Of a stretch of DNA of 52,384 nt, positions 37,481 to 46,199 are shown one piece after another. The translations under genes were made by a program, and so were the position numbers. The DNA comes from a virus (lineage: Duplodnaviria; Caudoviricetes). The first letter of the stretch is position 1. Each line of letters opens with the position of its first letter. Where the stretch lies: positions 1 through 52,384 of IMG/VR virus record IMGVR_UViG_3300043410_000251, one strand, 5' to 3'. Under the pieces are notes generated by a model. That model was given only the letters and a program-made list of their open reading frames with translations. It made no database searches and was not told the origin of the DNA.

Positions 37481-38098
37481 TTAACCGAAGACAATTGCCA
37501 TGGCAATCGCTTTACCTGTGGATGCGCCGCCAAGATTGTTAAGCGCCGTTGTTGCATTAGTTGCCCCTGTGCCACCGTTTGCAATAGCCAACGTACCAGC
37601 TACTGTAACCGCACCTGATGTGTCCGTTGCAGGTGTCAAACCTGTAGAACCAAAACTAATTGTGGTCACGCCGTCGGCAACGCTGGAAGAAACCTTCACA
37701 TAATCTGTGCCGTTAAAGTAAACAAAACAACGTTCACCAACAGCAACCGAAACACCTGTCTGGCCGGAAGCTTTGAAAGTTACCGTACCCCCAGTAGCCG
37801 CGTTCTCTACCATGTAGATTTTGCTGTAGCTTGGGGCCGTGATGACTTTGGTTGTGGTCAGCGTGCCAGTAACACGAATCGCCATGTACTGCGCTGTAGT
37901 TGAACCGATGTTGCTGGTAGTTGCATCACCAGTCGTATTAGCCAAAGTGATTGCGCCATCGTTTGCAAAAGACAAAGTGCCCGCAATAGCGATGTTGACG
38001 TATTCGGTAATGCCGTTGTTGACTGTGTCGCCCCAAGTACCAGAGAGCGTGCCCTGCGTTGGGGTGACTAGCCCTAGTTGTCCTGTTGTAGCTGCCAT
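37481..38098 (-). CDS. tail fibre proximal protein
   Basis: GTWGDTVN; GTLAIANGGTGAT repeat; GKAIAMAIVFG end. Confidence 0.65.
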   Translation of the reverse strand: MAATTGQLGLVTPTQGTLSGTWGDTVNNGITEYVNIAIAGTLSFANDGAITLANTTGDATTSNIGSTTAQYMAIRVTGTLTTTKVITAPSYSKIYMVENAATGGTVTFKASGQTGVSVAVGERCFVYFNGTDYVKVSSSVADGVTTISFGSTGLTPATDTSGAVTVAGTLAIANGGTGATNATTALNNLGGASTGKAIAMAIVFG

Positions 38099-38107
38099 TT
38101 AAAGCTC

Positions 38108-38926
38108 CTATGGTGTGGTCGTAATGTTAGTCCAACCAGCATTTTGGGTATTTCCAATATTTTGCCAGTTTGCGTTCTGTGTGTCATCAATTATTTCCCA
38201 AGTTTTTCGTATCGACTCGGAAGTGGTAATTGCGGCTGTGTCGGACACAGTCGATGTATACGTTGTAGCCGCTGTTTCGGCAGACTCGATTGCCCCGATG
38301 ACCTCATCCAAAAACTTGGCGAATGTTGCCGCGCCGGTTTCGGTTGTATCTATTGTGGCGGTTTCATTTACAGTCAGACCGTAATAATCCGTCGCCGCTG
38401 TCTCTGACGTTGAACTTACCGCCGTCTCATTAACGTCTGCATTAAAGAACGAACCGACAAACTGTTCGGTCGATGTAGCCGCTGTTTCAGCCAAGGCTAG
38501 CGCAAATGTTGCTGCTACCGCCTCACTTGTTGCCGTTGCCGCAGACTCCTCGACCAATAGCCCAAAAGTAGCAAACACAGACTCTGCTGTGGTTGTGGCC
38601 GCTGTATCACTTACGCTGGCTGTATATCCTGTGACAACATTTTGTGTCTCGCTAATCGCCGCAGTTTCAGCTACAGCAAATGCAAAAGTGGCTTGGACCG
38701 ACTCAGAATCCGATATAGAACCAAGACCGCCCCAACTTAAGTCGCCCCAAGCGCTTTCGCCCCAAGTGTTGGCCGTAGAGATTGACTCTGCACGACTAAC
38801 AGAAATTGTAAGCTCGGGTATTTCAGACGTTGAGGTGGCAGCAGACTCGGATACGCTGTCGGCAAAGGCAGTTACACCACCCCAACCAGCAGCCCCCCAA
38901 GTGCTGTCGCCCCATGCTAAAGCCAT
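38108..38926 (-). CDS. Ser/Thr/Ala-rich virion protein with WG repeats
   Basis: WGDSTWGAAGWGG, WGESAWGDLSWGG and repeated V.ETAA.S units. Confidence 0.6.
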   Translation of the reverse strand: MALAWGDSTWGAAGWGGVTAFADSVSESAATSTSEIPELTISVSRAESISTANTWGESAWGDLSWGGLGSISDSESVQATFAFAVAETAAISETQNVVTGYTASVSDTAATTTAESVFATFGLLVEESAATATSEAVAATFALALAETAATSTEQFVGSFFNADVNETAVSSTSETAATDYYGLTVNETATIDTTETGAATFAKFLDEVIGAIESAETAATTYTSTVSDTAAITTSESIRKTWEIIDDTQNANWQNIGNTQNAGWTNITTTP

Positions 38927-38927
38927 A

Positions 38928-39506
38928 TTATGTCAATGAGCAAGAGTATGAAACTGCAATCGTGTCGCCTGAAACAACCGCTTTAGAGCTACTAAAGTCA
39001 CCAGCAGAAAACAAAGTTCCTGTGGTGTTGTCGATTGTTGCAGAACCGCCAATGTTGATAAAGCAGCCAGCCACGGTACCTGTTGAGGTAATGGCAAATG
39101 TGGAGGCTGAAGAAGTAGACTTGGTGCAAGTCGTACCGCTTACATAGGCCGCAGCACTAAATGTAGGAGTCTTGCGGTTACCGGAGTATGTGGGGGCATT
39201 AGCCAAACCAACTTCCAACCAGCCGGCGTGTGAAGACTGGGTGTCAGTAATAGCGGCTGTACCAGTACCTTTGAGGCCCATGACAACTGCGCCAGCGGCT
39301 GAGTTACCAAGAATAGTGTCCAAAGTCAGGTTCTTACCCACTGTGGTAACCAGGTTCTCAATAGCATCTTCCCACTTTACGTTACCGTCTTTGTCATAGC
39401 AAACGGCGTAGTAGCGGCCTTCAATGGTCGCTGTATCAGATGGGGCGGTGTTGTAGCCAGTAGACGCTTCGCATTTGTCTGAGGCTGAGATTTTGTCTAA
39501 AGACAT
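38928..39506 (-). CDS. virion structural protein
   Basis: G.Y...CYDKDGNVKWED...NLVTTVG; GTLFSAGDF...VVSGDT. Confidence 0.65.
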   Translation of the reverse strand: MSLDKISASDKCEASTGYNTAPSDTATIEGRYYAVCYDKDGNVKWEDAIENLVTTVGKNLTLDTILGNSAAGAVVMGLKGTGTAAITDTQSSHAGWLEVGLANAPTYSGNRKTPTFSAAAYVSGTTCTKSTSSASTFAITSTGTVAGCFINIGGSATIDNTTGTLFSAGDFSSSKAVVSGDTIAVSYSCSLT

Positions 39507-39515
39507 GTTAACTCC

Positions 39516-39938
39516 TTATAAAAGTCTGATTAGTGCAGATGTGCTTGTGTCTGCGGGCATAGTCACAGTAAATGTGTTACTTGAGATTTTGTCACTACCA
39601 AAGTCAAGCACACAAACTGCTCCATTATCTCCAGCTTTGTAGATCAAAGCACCACGTGCCGTAATCGTACCTGTCCAACTAGGACTGCTAAACGTCACAT
39701 ACACAACGCTGCCGGATGGTGTGAGCGCAGAGTTCACTGTAGCTGTTACTACCTGACCACCAGCGGAATAATCACCGCCAGAAGCCTCGCCTACAGTCGT
39801 ATATGCTGATGTTGTTTGGTCAAGCGAAGCCGCATTTGTATATAACGCTAGATAAAAAGTATCCGTAGTTAAATTAATCGTGCCATCGGCAAGACCAGAG
39901 CGCAACGTATTGCAGGAGTAGTTACCAGTAAAAGCCAT
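39516..39938 (-). CDS. virion structural protein
   Basis: FYLALYT, YSAGG, ARGALIY, VLDFG.DK. Confidence 0.7.
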   Translation of the reverse strand: MAFTGNYSCNTLRSGLADGTINLTTDTFYLALYTNAASLDQTTSAYTTVGEASGGDYSAGGQVVTATVNSALTPSGSVVYVTFSSPSWTGTITARGALIYKAGDNGAVCVLDFGSDKISSNTFTVTMPADTSTSALIRLL

Positions 39939-40603
39939 TAGGTCACCTTCTGACGATACTGACCAGAGCGATATGCATCCTGACGCTCCATACCATCACC
40001 CAGACGTTTAGCCAACGCAAGTGCTTCTTGATACTTTGTATTGTAGAAAGCCATGATATCTTGCTCACCCTTCATGTAGGTATAAGCTTCAACCAAAGAG
40101 CCGTACAACAGAACAGAATCAAAGTTATCACCAAGCCAAGATGTCTCGGCATCAACAATAGATGTTGGGTAATAGTAGTAGTGCAACTCAACGTTGTACG
40201 TGGTGTCTGGTGTTGGACCAAGAATAAACGTCAACTCATCTTCATTATCTGAACGAGGGCCAAACAAAGCGTAGTACTTTGGAAGGCCAGTATCGTTAGC
40301 TTGTGGGTACGCTTGACGAATATAGTTAACGTCTTTATTCAGCAAGTATTCGTATGTGCCAGACTCCAACGTACCATCAACGACAGCCATTGAGTACACA
40401 GCCAAAAAGTCCAACGGGCATTGCAAATATTTATTACTTGCTGTGGTAACACCAGTCACGTTCTTGCGAAGTGAAGGGAACTGTACCGTGTTGTAAATAC
40501 GCTGCTCAGCTTGTTTAACGAAAACAGGAATCTCCGCCACGAAGTTAGTCTCCGTGTTTTCCGTATACGCTTGAATAGCGTCGCTGAGTTCAGTGTAATT
40601 CAT
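39938..40603 (-). CDS. head-tail adaptor / tail tubular protein A-like
   Basis: MNYTEL..AIQAYTEN, AEQRIY, G.PKYYA, PTPD..Y.VELHY, LLYGSLVEA. Confidence 0.7.
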   Translation of the reverse strand: MNYTELSDAIQAYTENTETNFVAEIPVFVKQAEQRIYNTVQFPSLRKNVTGVTTASNKYLQCPLDFLAVYSMAVVDGTLESGTYEYLLNKDVNYIRQAYPQANDTGLPKYYALFGPRSDNEDELTFILGPTPDTTYNVELHYYYYPTSIVDAETSWLGDNFDSVLLYGSLVEAYTYMKGEQDIMAFYNTKYQEALALAKRLGDGMERQDAYRSGQYRQKVT

Positions 40604-40878
40604 GCCATTGGGCCCCGTGCCATTGTGCCTTTAGTTGCAGCACCAGTACCGCGAATCTTAATGCCGGATGTTTTGATTGGCTCATTACCAGCAGACTTGC
40701 TGTAGTTACCAATACTTACATCGAGCTCGTCCAGCTTGCTACGATTTGGGCGTGCAGCCAACTCAGGCAAAGCTTCTTTAGCACGACCTGCATAAGCAGA
40801 AGCGGGCTTGTTATCACGATTAGCACCAGTCTTCACTGGAGGGCTATTCTTCTTTGTAGGTTTAACTTGTGCAACCAT
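40600..40878 (-). CDS. small basic protein
   Basis: Ends GIKIRGTGAATKGTMARGPMA. Confidence 0.65.
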   Translation of the reverse strand: MVAQVKPTKKNSPPVKTGANRDNKPASAYAGRAKEALPELAARPNRSKLDELDVSIGNYSKSAGNEPIKTSGIKIRGTGAATKGTMARGPMA

Positions 40879-40880
40879 GA

Positions 40881-41075
40881 TTAACCTCGCATTTGGTTCA
40901 TTGCGCGCGCCATGTTACGGCCAACTTTACGCATAGCTTCACCGGTTACAGTCTTAGCGCCGCCAGATTTCTTAGCGCCACTTTGAATACCAAGGCTAGG
41001 GCCGTCATCACCAAGGTTCTTGCCTTTGGTTTTGCCGGTTTTGGTAATACCGTCCGCTGCTTTTGTGTATGCCAT
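40881..41075 (-). CDS. small basic protein
   Basis: Start MAYTKAADGITKTGKTKG after AAGGAG. Confidence 0.65.
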   Translation of the reverse strand: MAYTKAADGITKTGKTKGKNLGDDGPSLGIQSGAKKSGGAKTVTGEAMRKVGRNMARAMNQMRG

Positions 41076-41085
41076 ATTCGACTCC

Positions 41086-41514
41086 TTATGTCGTTGTAAC
41101 TGATACTGTACCAAGTTCTATGGTTAAAACCAAGTTATTTGGTGTCAAACCATCATCAAAATTTCTTGATCCACCAACAGGGTTCCAGCCCCATTGAAAG
41201 ATGCGACTGCCAGCTTCTGGGTAGCCAAAACCATCAGGAGCTGTACTGTTAGTAGTCAAGATTTGCAAACCGCTTTGACCTGACACTCGGTAGCTAACAT
41301 CAGGGCGTGGTTCCCGTACCGCTTGAGGATCATCAACTGGGTACATACCCAATTGCAACTGTGGATGATCTGGGTCCCAGCAGGAACGGCAAACTTTAAT
41401 TTTGTAAGGCTTAGTCTTAACCGTCTGGGTACGCAATTCCTTGAGCATATAACGCCCATCGCAGCGGTCACATTCCGCAATTGCATACTTACCAGAAGCA
41501 AACCGATTAGGCAT
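41086..41514 (-). CDS. putative Zn-binding conserved phage protein
   Basis: CDRC...CRSC; DHPQL; DPQAVREPRPD. Confidence 0.65.
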   Translation of the reverse strand: MPNRFASGKYAIAECDRCDGRYMLKELRTQTVKTKPYKIKVCRSCWDPDHPQLQLGMYPVDDPQAVREPRPDVSYRVSGQSGLQILTTNSTAPDGFGYPEAGSRIFQWGWNPVGGSRNFDDGLTPNNLVLTIELGTVSVTTT

Positions 41515-42442
41515 GGTAGAACAAGTTCCTTGGCACGAAACGCAAAGGCGAAGTATCGCGGTCTTCGGCAGATGCCAATTCCCACTGCTGTTCGTAATCA
41601 GCTTTCAGACCCATAACACGCTGAGGATCAACATCTGGCAGCTTCATGCTCAATAAATAAGCAAGGCCAGCCACCATACAAGGGATAAACCGGAATGGGA
41701 TATCTTGGATTGATGTACCTGTACCAGCATCTTGGATGCGTCGCATACGGTAATACACAAACATGTACTGATCACCAGGCGCGTTAGGTGTAGGCCACAC
41801 ATTAATCGCCGGCAAATTCTGCACAGTGATTGCCGCACCATCAGCGTGACTTGCAGCCGTAGTGCCGTTCTGCCCACGAGCGCAATTCAACAATTGGTTG
41901 GTTACGGGGTTAACGTTTGGGTAACTAATGGTTTCATCCCCAACTTTAATAAACCCGGCAGTGGTAAGACTGGCTACATCAGACACAGTAATTGTGGTAT
42001 CTGAAGCAGTAATAGCCCCATCAATAGTAACCGTAGAAAGGTTTTCCTGGCCAGACTGACGGTTGTACCAGACCTGAATTGGACGTCCTTGTGCCAGCTT
42101 ATTTGGCAAGCTCATGTACGTAGATTCAGAAATGCTACTGATATTGATGTCGATCTGGTTGGATGTGCCGTTGCTTTGGCGAATCACAGTGTCCAGCAGG
42201 TTAATCGTATCCGTAGGCATAGGGTACATAGCCTGACCCGTCACCATAGGAATCTGACCCTGTTCAACAGTCCAGAAATTCAAACCACGATTAGCCCACT
42301 CAATCGTTAAAAGGTTTAACGAACGGCGGGCTGTACGAAAGTTGTAACCAGTGCGAAGTTCTTGACCGCAACGCTCGAACGCCTCCTCGATGAGGTCGTT
42401 CATGTCCAAATTAAAGACGGTGGTTCCGGTAGTCTTAGCCAT
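41507..42442 (-). CDS. head-tail adaptor / connector protein
   Basis: LIEEAFERCG, ARRSLNLL..EWANRG.N.W, GRP.Q, WPTP, PFRFIPCMVAGLAY. Confidence 0.7.
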   Translation of the reverse strand: MAKTTGTTVFNLDMNDLIEEAFERCGQELRTGYNFRTARRSLNLLTIEWANRGLNFWTVEQGQIPMVTGQAMYPMPTDTINLLDTVIRQSNGTSNQIDINISSISESTYMSLPNKLAQGRPIQVWYNRQSGQENLSTVTIDGAITASDTTITVSDVASLTTAGFIKVGDETISYPNVNPVTNQLLNCARGQNGTTAASHADGAAITVQNLPAINVWPTPNAPGDQYMFVYYRMRRIQDAGTGTSIQDIPFRFIPCMVAGLAYLLSMKLPDVDPQRVMGLKADYEQQWELASAEDRDTSPLRFVPRNLFYHA

Positions 42443-42690
42443 TATTTCCTCACTGTCTTAGCAGACTGCTTAAATGCCTTAGCTGTTGGCGCACCTTTAC
42501 TACCAGGCTTGCGCATTTTCTCACCGGAACCAGCAGCGATTCTTTTACGCTTTGCATTGATATTGGCATAGAGACCAACCTTTCCGCCCTCGGCGTATTG
42601 AGTAAAGTCCGTGTCATCCCGGCGGGCTTTTTTAACCCCGCTAGGCATTTTTGAGGGTGACACGGCACCCATTCCACGGCTTGCTCTCAT
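42442..42690 (-). CDS. small basic protein
   Basis: MRASRGMG; YAEGGKVGLYANINAKRKRI...GAPTAKAFKQSAKT. Confidence 0.65.
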   Translation of the reverse strand: MRASRGMGAVSPSKMPSGVKKARRDDTDFTQYAEGGKVGLYANINAKRKRIAAGSGEKMRKPGSKGAPTAKAFKQSAKTVRK

Positions 42691-42692
42691 AG

Positions 42693-43211
42693 TTAGCACA
42701 TCTTTCCGCGAGTCTTGCCTTTAATGGCAATACCATCCGCACGCTTGGAAGCAGAAGAAACTGAACCGCCAGCTTTAAAGCCAGGGATACCACGCTTACG
42801 GTTATAAGATTCAGCGCGCTCCCGCATGGTTTCTTGGCGGAGTGGTGGTTTCTTGAATCGAGCCAAACGACCTAATTCATCACCTGTATCAGGGGCTGCA
42901 TCTGGAATCTTAGGAAGTGTTTTTCCCGCACTGGAGGAGTCGCCACGACGTGTCAAACCTTGCTGTTTGTTCATGTAATCGCGCAAGCTCAAACCGGACT
43001 TAGCCAGTTCTTCTTTGGTGACAATCCCTGCTTTAGGCTTAGCCATGGGTTTTTCTGTGGGGAATACAGTCTCTGAAGTCCCTGCAGCGCCACGTTCATT
43101 AGGTACCAACGTACGATCTGTACGTCGATTTGCTATTTCCATATCGTCATACGGATCATCTTCGTAGACTACATCGCCTTCAGCGTACTTTTTCATTTTA
43201 CGTGTTGCCAT
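42693..43211 (-). CDS. basic protein with RADGIA-KGKT motif
   Basis: AAGGAG RBS; ends FKAGGSVSSASKRADGIAIKGKTRGKMC. Confidence 0.65.
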   Translation of the reverse strand: MATRKMKKYAEGDVVYEDDPYDDMEIANRRTDRTLVPNERGAAGTSETVFPTEKPMAKPKAGIVTKEELAKSGLSLRDYMNKQQGLTRRGDSSSAGKTLPKIPDAAPDTGDELGRLARFKKPPLRQETMRERAESYNRKRGIPGFKAGGSVSSASKRADGIAIKGKTRGKMC

Positions 43212-43222
43212 GATTGTGCTCC

Positions 43223-43573
43223 TTACATCTTGCCGCCGCCACACATGGCGATCATTCTGCCTTTAGTTTTGCCTTTGGTAGCAATACCATCGGCGCGTTT
43301 AGAAGCTGAAGAAACAGAGCCACCAGCCTTTAAGTTTGTTAATCTTGGCTTCTTTTTTGGAGCCAAAGTAGTAGGGTCGCGTTCTTGCCTATCTACCAAA
43401 TCATCGAGTGGCCTAGGGTCAACCATCTTACCGTTCTTGGGTCGGTAAACTAAATCGTCTAACTTTCCAAAAGTTGTGTCGGGTTTTGGCATAGCTTTGT
43501 CATAGGCTCTGCCTGCGCTTTCACGCATCTTTGAGTCCATCATTTCTTGGATAGCGTCTTCTTTAATACCCAT
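43223..43573 (-). CDS. basic protein with RADGIA-KGKT motif
   Basis: Ends LKAGGSVSSASKRADGIATKGKTKGRMIAMCGGGKM. Confidence 0.65.
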   Translation of the reverse strand: MGIKEDAIQEMMDSKMRESAGRAYDKAMPKPDTTFGKLDDLVYRPKNGKMVDPRPLDDLVDRQERDPTTLAPKKKPRLTNLKAGGSVSSASKRADGIATKGKTKGRMIAMCGGGKM

Positions 43574-43584
43574 GATATTTCCTT

Positions 43585-44073
43585 TCAGCAGGCTCTGCCG
43601 CCCTTTTTCATTTTGATCATCGTACCCTTGGTTTTGCCTTTAGAAGCAACGCCATTGATACTCGGAGCGGCAGTCTTAACACTGCCCATTTTAGACGCCG
43701 CAATGCCGCCTTTTTTAAGTTTAGACAAGTCAGTACCTTTACTGCCCTTGTGCTCTTGCTTGTCGTGCATTTTGAATGCCTTTTTCACGATGGCTTTATC
43801 TTGTTTGATATCGGCCTTCATGTCTTCTTTCATGTCGCTCTTAGCCATCTCGCCACCCTTTTTAAAAAGCGCCAACTTACCGTGATCAGTTTTAGGCTTG
43901 TTTACTTTTTGAATGTCTGGACGAGCCATTCCGCCGGAGCCAAACTTTCTACCTTTGTCCGCAGCGTTGAAATCTTTTCCGACACTTTGGGGAACACCAG
44001 CTTTTTTGGCAAATGCAGGACTATGCGCTACAGCGGCCATAAAATTACGTTGTTTCTTACTAACCGAGGGCAC
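43585..44073 (-). CDS. Lys-rich basic protein with repeated KKGG motifs
   Basis: MPSVSKKQRNFMAA; FKKGG, LKKGG, MKKGG. Confidence 0.7.
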   Translation of the reverse strand: MPSVSKKQRNFMAAVAHSPAFAKKAGVPQSVGKDFNAADKGRKFGSGGMARPDIQKVNKPKTDHGKLALFKKGGEMAKSDMKEDMKADIKQDKAIVKKAFKMHDKQEHKGSKGTDLSKLKKGGIAASKMGSVKTAAPSINGVASKGKTKGTMIKMKKGGRAC

Positions 44074-44308
44074 TTCGTTGCTCCTTCATAAACTCATCCA
44101 GCTTACCTTCAAGCCTGTCCAATCTGGCCAGAACTCGATTGATATCTGCATGCATATCATTCTTAGTCACAAACTTTTCGGCGTGTTCTTCCCGTGTCTT
44201 ACTCAGCAAAATGCCTATGCGTTTTACTTCGTCGTGAGACACCTTTACCCAAAGCATCAAAGCTGCTGATGCAAAAGATAGAAGAACATTCCAAACCATT
44301 AGTTCCAT
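44060..44308 (-). CDS. small membrane-anchored coiled-coil protein
   Basis: N-terminal hydrophobic helix, then LARLDRLEGKLD. Confidence 0.6.
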   Translation of the reverse strand: MELMVWNVLLSFASAALMLWVKVSHDEVKRIGILLSKTREEHAEKFVTKNDMHADINRVLARLDRLEGKLDEFMKEQRSALG

Positions 44309-44309
44309 A

Positions 44310-44555
44310 TCAGCACTTCCAGGCTCTAAGGGACTTGTTTATGCGTGAGTCTGGGTCTTTGGCGGTTTTGGCGGATGTCAATTTCTTTTTCATCCCTTCC
44401 ATCCTCGCACAGAAAGAGTCTCGCCGGGAGCCGCCTTCGGGCTGGGGCGGTTTCAAATTCATGCCTTGCTTTTTCGCGGAGGCGCGACCCTTCGCATTCA
44501 AGCCACCCTTGGGATTCTTGCCTTCTTTCCTCTGCCATGCTGGTGTTTTAGCCAT
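44310..44555 (-). CDS. conserved small basic phage protein (DUF6321-like)
   Basis: AWQRKEGKNPKGGLNAKGRAS...RRDSFCARM...DPDSRINKSLRAWKC. Confidence 0.7.
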   Translation of the reverse strand: MAKTPAWQRKEGKNPKGGLNAKGRASAKKQGMNLKPPQPEGGSRRDSFCARMEGMKKKLTSAKTAKDPDSRINKSLRAWKC

Positions 44556-45285
44556 TTGCTACTTTCAGTTTAGATTTGCGAACGGCCTCCAAAAGAGGAA
44601 TTACAACCTCTTCACGGAAGTTATTCTCAAACGTGTCTGTACCAACGTGCGGTAAGCTGATATCTACATCGATGTGAATCTTAAAGCCATGCTCACGGGC
44701 GCGATCACAGAACAAATAATCTTCACCAACGTACTTGCCATCCTTCAGTGCAAAGTCAAAGATGCTGCAAATCTGCTCACCTTTAAACTCATACATCCAC
44801 TCTGGATGATCAGCCACCATTTTTTCAAGAACATGACGCTGGATCAACATAAAACCAGTGCCAACACGCTCTACACGCATCAGTGAACCATCAAACTCTA
44901 GGTCCTGGTTCTCGTTGAAATACAGGTCAGCAAAGAAATAGCGATCCTTGGCACGGCGTGGATATGCGCCAGCAGTGATATCTTTACCGCTACTCTGGGC
45001 CAACAAACGCAAAACATCATCTGCTGTGGCAATCACATCAGAATCAATAAACAGCAGCTCTGTGCAATCTGACTTAAGGAACTCATGCACCAACTGGTTT
45101 CTAGCCATAGTGATGATTGAGCACCCAGACACATCGCCCATATTGACGGATACACCAAACTGCAACGCCTTGGGCATTAACGCCGCAATGTTGTAAGCAA
45201 GTTTGATATTGATCTTGCCGTCATAGGCTGGGATGCCGATAAACAGCTTACGCCCAGTCAGAACCGCTTGTTTTGCTTCAGCCAT
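44548..45285 (-). CDS. GT-A fold (GT2-like) glycosyltransferase
   Basis: IGIPAY, ARNQLV..FL, LLFIDSD (DxD), VGTGFMLI.R, GEDYLFC, H.G. Confidence 0.8.
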   Translation of the reverse strand: MAEAKQAVLTGRKLFIGIPAYDGKINIKLAYNIAALMPKALQFGVSVNMGDVSGCSIITMARNQLVHEFLKSDCTELLFIDSDVIATADDVLRLLAQSSGKDITAGAYPRRAKDRYFFADLYFNENQDLEFDGSLMRVERVGTGFMLIQRHVLEKMVADHPEWMYEFKGEQICSIFDFALKDGKYVGEDYLFCDRAREHGFKIHIDVDISLPHVGTDTFENNFREEVVIPLLEAVRKSKLKVANG

Positions 45286-45565
45286 AAAACACCGTTACAG
45301 ATGCCATATTTGAGAGAGAAGCATACACGCTCGTAGAGCAGAGTACACCCTCACCTGGAATTAACATATAAAACGAGTTTGGGTTTGAGTTTGATGGGAT
45401 GTCAATCTCAATAACTGTTGTGCCGCTAGATCCGCCATCTTTGATGATAAGCGTGCCAACAACACTGGCAGAAGCACAGACAGAAATACCCTTAACACGC
45501 GCACGACCACCAAAAACGGAGCCGGATGCGTTTAAGTGCGTACTCTTAACATCAGTTTGCATCAT
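45278..45565 (-). CDS. small virion structural protein
   Basis: MQTDVKS...ARVKG...IPGEGVL...VTVFYG; AAGGAG RBS. Confidence 0.65.
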   Translation of the reverse strand: MMQTDVKSTHLNASGSVFGGRARVKGISVCASASVVGTLIIKDGGSSGTTVIEIDIPSNSNPNSFYMLIPGEGVLCSTSVYASLSNMASVTVFYG

Positions 45566-45577
45566 AATTAATCTCCT

Positions 45578-45602
45578 TTAAAACAAGGGGGCCGAAGCCC
45601 CC
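45578..45602 (-). terminator. putative intrinsic terminator with cUUCGg tetraloop
   Basis: Minus strand GGGGC-TTCG-GCCCC followed by CTTGTTTT. Confidence 0.65.
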
Positions 45603-45610
45603 GGAGTCAA

Positions 45611-46108
45611 TTAGACGTTTTGTTGGCCGAGCAATGGATCAACAACGAAGTACAAGATCGTACCGGAGATAGAACCACCTGTAGGAGCGTCACCAGATGT
45701 GCCGCCACCGGTGATTGTCACCAAGTTGCTTGTAGACATTGTGGTGCCCATGTTTGCACCAGCAGTGGCAGAAGCTTGGTTAATAACCAGCTTGCCGGTT
45801 GTAGCAACAGCTGCTGAAATCAGGCCGGTGTTTGTAGCGGTAGAAGTACCGTACAAAGTGAAGCCCATGTCAAACGTAGGAGTTGTGCCGCCTGTAGCTG
45901 CGCACACTGCTTGAATTTCAACAATGATTGCGCCTGCGGGCAAAATTACGTCTGAAGAATTAGAAGAGGAAACAGATACCGCTGTACCTGCTGCATCAGC
46001 GCCAGAAATGTAGAACTGCGCGGCCATCAAGCCGGAGCCACAGTAAGAGGTGCGAGTTTGATCGCCGCCACCTGAACGCCAAATACTCTGTGTGGTAGAA
46101 ACTGCCAT
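45611..46108 (-). CDS. virion structural (capsid-associated) protein
   Basis: Follows the capsid gene; ILPAGAII.EI beta-rich pattern. Confidence 0.65.
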   Translation of the reverse strand: MAVSTTQSIWRSGGGDQTRTSYCGSGLMAAQFYISGADAAGTAVSVSSSNSSDVILPAGAIIVEIQAVCAATGGTTPTFDMGFTLYGTSTATNTGLISAAVATTGKLVINQASATAGANMGTTMSTSNLVTITGGGTSGDAPTGGSISGTILYFVVDPLLGQQNV

Positions 46109-46111
46109 GAT

Positions 46112-46195
46112 AAATTGTCCTTACATACAAGATCAGCGCATCAATCGGTATGTCGTTTGCCGGGTCAATTTGATGCACCGGGAACCCCGGAACGA
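46112..46195 (-). ncRNA. structured RNA downstream of the gpT-like capsid gene (possibly Mu-gpT-DE motif)
   Basis: 9-bp stem GTGCATCAA/TTGATGCGC; its loop has CCCGG and ACATAC complementary to flanking CCGGG and GTATGT; location matches that described for Mu-gpT-DE. Confidence 0.45.
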
Positions 46196-46199
46196 TTGC

